From the IMG/VR virus record IMGVR_UViG_3300020045_002642, positions 1 through 30,805 of that record: DNA of 30,805 nt; one strand, 5' to 3'. The notes below the pieces were generated by a model, which saw nothing but the letters and a program-made list of their open reading frames with translations, was not told where the DNA came from and searched no databases. This document shows, piece by piece, positions 26,954 through 30,805 of the stretch (its first letter is position 1; each line of letters begins with the position of its first letter). The position numbers and the translations under genes were made by a program. The stretch is from a virus (Duplodnaviria; Caudoviricetes).

Positions 26954-27397
26954 ATGGAAAAACAATATAGATACTTGATTAATAACGAAGTCTTAGGGAG
27001 TGATAAACCTTATCAAGAGCCGTGCTATCAAACACTAACTGATTTAGAAGGTGACGAATACCTAGATGATTGGAATGATAGTAAGGTAAAATTAGAGTGT
27101 AGAGAAGTAGAGTTGGATAAAATTAATTACGAAGTAAGATTAGATTTTCGTGTGACTAAAAGCGATTTATTTTTAAGTCAATATTTATCAAATCCCATCG
27201 ACATCACCTCAATAACAACGGTTAAAGATGGTAAGGTTTATTTTAAGGAGGTTGAGAGTGAAAGTAATGAGGCTATTGAGTTTGCTGAGTGGATTTTAAA
27301 TAAAGCGTTTAATAAAAATAAAGGTATATGGAATAATAACATAACAAAAGGAGCTTTAACAACTAAAGAACTATACGAAATATTTAAAAACAAATAA
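26954..27397 (+). CDS. Hypothetical protein
   Basis: 147 aa ORF. Confidence 0.65.
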   Translation: MEKQYRYLINNEVLGSDKPYQEPCYQTLTDLEGDEYLDDWNDSKVKLECREVELDKINYEVRLDFRVTKSDLFLSQYLSNPIDITSITTVKDGKVYFKEVESESNEAIEFAEWILNKAFNKNKGIWNNNITKGALTTKELYEIFKNK

Positions 27398-27399
27398 CT

Positions 27400-27639
27400 A
27401 TGGAAACACTAATGTATATATGGGAGGTATTGTGTCAGATATGGCCAATAGGATTAATAATGGGATTTATAGCTATTCATTTACTTTTTATATGGTTTAA
27501 TGAAGAGAGTGAATACGAACCTCTTGATGACTACTATGTTACATCCGCCAGAGAGCAAATAGAAAAACGTAAACAAGAGAGTAAAGACTTCAAGAGAAAA
27601 TTATACGAAATAGATAAAAAGCACTTAAACAATGACTGA
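27400..27639 (+). CDS. Small membrane protein
   Basis: Hydrophobic stretch IWPIGLIMGFIAIHLLFIWF. Confidence 0.6.
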   Translation: METLMYIWEVLCQIWPIGLIMGFIAIHLLFIWFNEESEYEPLDDYYVTSAREQIEKRKQESKDFKRKLYEIDKKHLNND

Positions 27640-27988
27640 GAAACAACTATTCACTTACACTAATACGGTAATATGCGCCGAGTTACTATCTAACTATCTT
27701 GAGGATTTAAAGAATACTCCAGTGTATAGACAGCAAATTAAACGCTTGTCAGGTAATCTATCCGCCGAGTTAGAAAAGATGCTTAAAACAGAACTTCCTA
27801 AGATATTTGATGTAGAGGAGGAGTTTACAGTTAATCTAATGAGAGATTATAAAGACTTAGTAGAAAATCTAACTTCTGCTTCGGCGGATGATTTAATAGT
27901 TATAAGTCAATTAATAAAAGCCTACAAAGGAGATAGAGATAAGTTCCTAGATAAATTTGAAATAAACCTAACTAAGATAGATGAGTAG
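27632..27988 (+). CDS. Hypothetical protein
   Basis: 118 aa ORF overlapping both neighbours. Confidence 0.65.
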   Translation: MTEKQLFTYTNTVICAELLSNYLEDLKNTPVYRQQIKRLSGNLSAELEKMLKTELPKIFDVEEEFTVNLMRDYKDLVENLTSASADDLIVISQLIKAYKGDRDKFLDKFEINLTKIDE

Positions 27989-28604
27989 TACAAACAGAAG
28001 TAACGCGAGAGATAACCACGTAAGTGATTATTATGTAACTCCGCACCGACCAATATCAGATTTATTAGACGCGATGAGTAAAGAAGATTTAACAAAACAC
28101 ATATTTGTTAATGGAAATTGCTTGAGAAATTATATTGATATTTTTGATCCTTGCGCTGGAGGCAATCCTTCAAATGATAAAATGGGATTTAATCCTATGA
28201 GTTACCCATTTGTTTTAGAAAAACATGGAGCTAAACACGTTAATTCAAATGATTTAAGGGAAGATAGCTTAGCGGATGTTAAATCTGATTATGTAAATTC
28301 AGAACCTATTTTTAACCGCGCGGATATAATTATTACTAATCCTCCATTTAATATAGCAGTATCTATTATTAAAAAAGCACAACAAGAAGCGAGAGAAGGA
28401 GGAATGGTAGTTATGTTGCTTAGATTAAACTTCTTTGGCACACAGGAGAGAGAAGAGTTTTGGACTAATAATATGCCCGTAGTAACATTTGTCCATAGAA
28501 AGCGTATAAGTTTCTTAAAAGGAGCAACAGATAGCATAGAATATATGCACTGTGTTTGGATAAAAGGAGTTAATCAGAACCATACCAAGCTAGTTATAAT
28601 CTAA
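27981..28604 (+). CDS. DNA N6-adenine methyltransferase
   Basis: DYYVTP, FDPCAGG (motif I), ITNPPF (motif IV). Confidence 0.85.
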   Translation: MSSTNRSNARDNHVSDYYVTPHRPISDLLDAMSKEDLTKHIFVNGNCLRNYIDIFDPCAGGNPSNDKMGFNPMSYPFVLEKHGAKHVNSNDLREDSLADVKSDYVNSEPIFNRADIIITNPPFNIAVSIIKKAQQEAREGGMVVMLLRLNFFGTQEREEFWTNNMPVVTFVHRKRISFLKGATDSIEYMHCVWIKGVNQNHTKLVII

Positions 28605-28714
28605 ACTCTAAAACACCCCTGAGCATAATAAAGAATAATGGGTAAAAACCACCCAAAAAACAAAATATATAGGTTTATAGTAATTATATGAATAAAATAA
28701 TGCAAATTTGAGTT

Positions 28715-28915
28715 ATGATTTTATACAAAAGTGAAGATATTATAATATTTTGGTACAAAGGAATCGAAATAATGAGTTATAGGCAAGATTCTGAGACTGG
28801 CAATCATGGATTTGTATCAAAATGGTTTGGATTTTGGAGAACAGGTAACTCAGATAATAAAATGGTATTATATAATGAATGTATTAAATGGCTGAAAGAG
28901 GAAATACTAAACTAA
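28715..28915 (+). CDS. Hypothetical protein
   Basis: 66 aa ORF. Confidence 0.5.
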   Translation: MILYKSEDIIIFWYKGIEIMSYRQDSETGNHGFVSKWFGFWRTGNSDNKMVLYNECIKWLKEEILN

Positions 28916-29439
28916 TAGAAACAATAACCTTAAAAGAGGTTTATCCTAAACAGGAGTTGGCGGACCAGTCCACAAATAAAGCCTTCACTCGTCATTACTG
29001 TAATATATTCCTATACCTAGACATAACAGAATGTGCTTTATTTACATGGCTTGTAGGATATAGTGACCAAGTAAACGTATTTACATACTCTACTACACTA
29101 TTAGAACAGTTTGATAAAGCTTCTGATAGAGCTATGGAGATATATGGAGTAGATAAAGTGAAGTATAAAACTTCTAGGGACAACGCGCGGATGACATTCA
29201 TATCTTTAGTAGAGAAAGGACTATTAATAAGAATAAAAGGTAAGAATAGATTTATGATAAATCCTTATATGGTATATTCAAGTAATCCAAGAAAGTTCGC
29301 AAGAGCATCCAGACATAAGGAGTATTTAGATATTGTAGAATACAGTTCGGCGGATAAACTAGCAGAAGAATTAACAGAATATTGTAATGATATAGAGAAA
29401 ACATTTAAAGAATACGTAAGGAAATATGGAAACTGGTAA
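28888..29439 (+). CDS. Winged-helix protein, RepL-like
   Basis: SRDNARMTFISLVEKGLLIR...RFMINPYMVY. Confidence 0.55.
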   Translation: MAERGNTKLIETITLKEVYPKQELADQSTNKAFTRHYCNIFLYLDITECALFTWLVGYSDQVNVFTYSTTLLEQFDKASDRAMEIYGVDKVKYKTSRDNARMTFISLVEKGLLIRIKGKNRFMINPYMVYSSNPRKFARASRHKEYLDIVEYSSADKLAEELTEYCNDIEKTFKEYVRKYGNW

Positions 29440-29764
29440 TCGTAAGTCCAAAGTAATAAGATTAAAAGGAGAGGATGCTTTCATAAGACTCCTGGCATCT
29501 CAATTTGGCACAACGGCAGATATGGAAATAAATCTTATCAAAGTCCTTATTAAATTCGACTTGTTCACACCATTTTGCATGGAGAAGCATATCAGACGGC
29601 GGATACAGAAAGAGATGGGTGTGCCTTACACAACATTAGGAACAGCTATAACCCGACTAATAAAGTCAGGTATAATAGCAAGGAATGGAAAGAATGTATA
29701 TGTTAATGTTGCTTTTAGGGGATTGGAGGATATAGATTCAATAGTATTCAAAAAACCATTATAG
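29426..29764 (+). CDS. Winged-helix DNA-binding protein
   Basis: IQKEMGVPYTTLGTAITRLIKSGIIAR. Confidence 0.65.
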   Translation: METGNRKSKVIRLKGEDAFIRLLASQFGTTADMEINLIKVLIKFDLFTPFCMEKHIRRRIQKEMGVPYTTLGTAITRLIKSGIIARNGKNVYVNVAFRGLEDIDSIVFKKPL

Positions 29765-29777
29765 TTCCTCTTATAAA

Positions 29778-30155
29778 TTAATCTCTAGCAAGTCCTGAGT
29801 TGCGTTCCTCATATCGTTGCTCCCAATACTCGAATGCAGTATTTTCATAATGCACCTGGCACTTCCATTTAATATCTTCTATTTGTTCTGCTTTGATCCG
29901 AGCGGTGTCTTTTAAACTTCTCTCAAAACTATTGTCTTGTCCTATTGCTTCATCTAACCAATTAATATGGTTATATTTCTCACTTGCCTGGCTTATTAAC
30001 TGGATTCTTTGTCTATATAATTGCATAATCTTGTTAGCTTTCTCACTCGGCGCGGCTGTTCCTCGTTTTACTTCTGTAATATCATTACTAAGCATTTTTA
30101 ATACTGCTTTTAATGCTTCAATGTTTGCTTGGTCTCCTTTGCTTAATGGTTTCAT
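29778..30155 (-). CDS. Hypothetical protein
   Basis: 125 aa ORF convergent with the plus-strand block. Confidence 0.6.
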   Translation of the reverse strand: MKPLSKGDQANIEALKAVLKMLSNDITEVKRGTAAPSEKANKIMQLYRQRIQLISQASEKYNHINWLDEAIGQDNSFERSLKDTARIKAEQIEDIKWKCQVHYENTAFEYWEQRYEERNSGLARD

Positions 30156-30401
30156 AGTTGTATGTATTAAGGGTTAAAATGTATTATAGTTCCTTTATTA
30201 AATTAGGTTACTTGATAGCAATATAAACTGTCCGTGTTTGTCTATCATTTGTTGTTAAAACTCTGTTAAGTCTTGTGTATCTGTGTAAATTTCTGTCACT
30301 GGTCCGCGCGGTGTTAATAGTTTTATCTCGTATTTCATGGCTTTAATATTTATCATTTATACTAATTTATTTATACAAAGGTTACATTATATCTCCCTTA
30401 A

Positions 30402-30593
30402 TTAATTGAGTCCTTTATCATTAAACTTAACTCTTACACTTATTCTCCCTGTATCTTTCCAAAAAATTAATGTTTTTGGGCCAAACATATAACAAAACTT
30501 ATATAGTGCCTTGTCTGTTTCTTTTACAGTTGCTCCGTTGCAAGTTGCTAAAAATGCTCTTTTGTTTTCCTGGATTACTTTATTGCTTATCAT
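30402..30593 (-). CDS. Hypothetical protein
   Basis: 63 aa ORF. Confidence 0.5.
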   Translation of the reverse strand: MISNKVIQENKRAFLATCNGATVKETDKALYKFCYMFGPKTLIFWKDTGRISVRVKFNDKGLN

Positions 30594-30805
30594 GGTTTCT
30601 AATTATTAGGGGGTTAAAATTTCTTATTTATCAATCGGCGGGCGTTATCGAATACGGTTAATATAGTTGTATAGTCTTAATCTAGCTTTATATCTTGTAT
30701 CACAGTATATCTCAGCGTCAAATTTAATTTCCCACTTCTGGGCTATATCGCTATCATTAGTTAGGCGTTCTATTGTTTTACCTTTCTTATTGGTATAAAC
30801 TACGT

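Noticed and set aside
27981-28604. Complete restriction-modification system
   Set aside because: No recognisable restriction endonuclease adjacent; treated as an orphan methyltransferase
1446-30661. Antisense shadow ORFs (e.g. 1446-1703, 4526-4726, 9814-10080, 16433-16903, 17070-17534, 19278-19625, 28289-28537, 29893-30177)
   Set aside because: They overlap better-supported genes on the opposite strand and have atypical composition

Overview
AT-rich (about 30% GC by eye) segment of a tailed dsDNA phage, probably infecting Bacteroidota (TAnnTTTG-type promoters). The left end holds probable virion genes, with a diverged inverted duplicate at 1-2063 that may be a chimera. A long minus-strand replication/recombination block follows (GroES-like, NinG, NinB-like, SSB-like, DnaB, initiator, SF2 helicase, KTSC, two tRNA-like genes), then a plus-strand block (metallophosphoesterase, GIY-YIG, YopX, adenine MTase, winged-helix proteins); three HNH genes are scattered across the two blocks. 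The main find is an integron-like locus inside the replication block (13463-15910): a tyrosine recombinase gene, a divergent attI-like GTT site and four cassettes closed by attC-like hairpins. Each cassette has matching terminal cores. The first cassette is non-coding and carries three tRNA T-loop hairpins. The cassette ORFs lie in reverse orientation, and the recombinase core has been replaced by an HNH gene. Three dispersed motif families were also seen: a GTAACC-N15/16-CGT promoter (10 copies), an 18-bp palindrome (5 copies) and an over-represented TCCGC(C/G) hexamer. All calls were made by eye; no searches were run.
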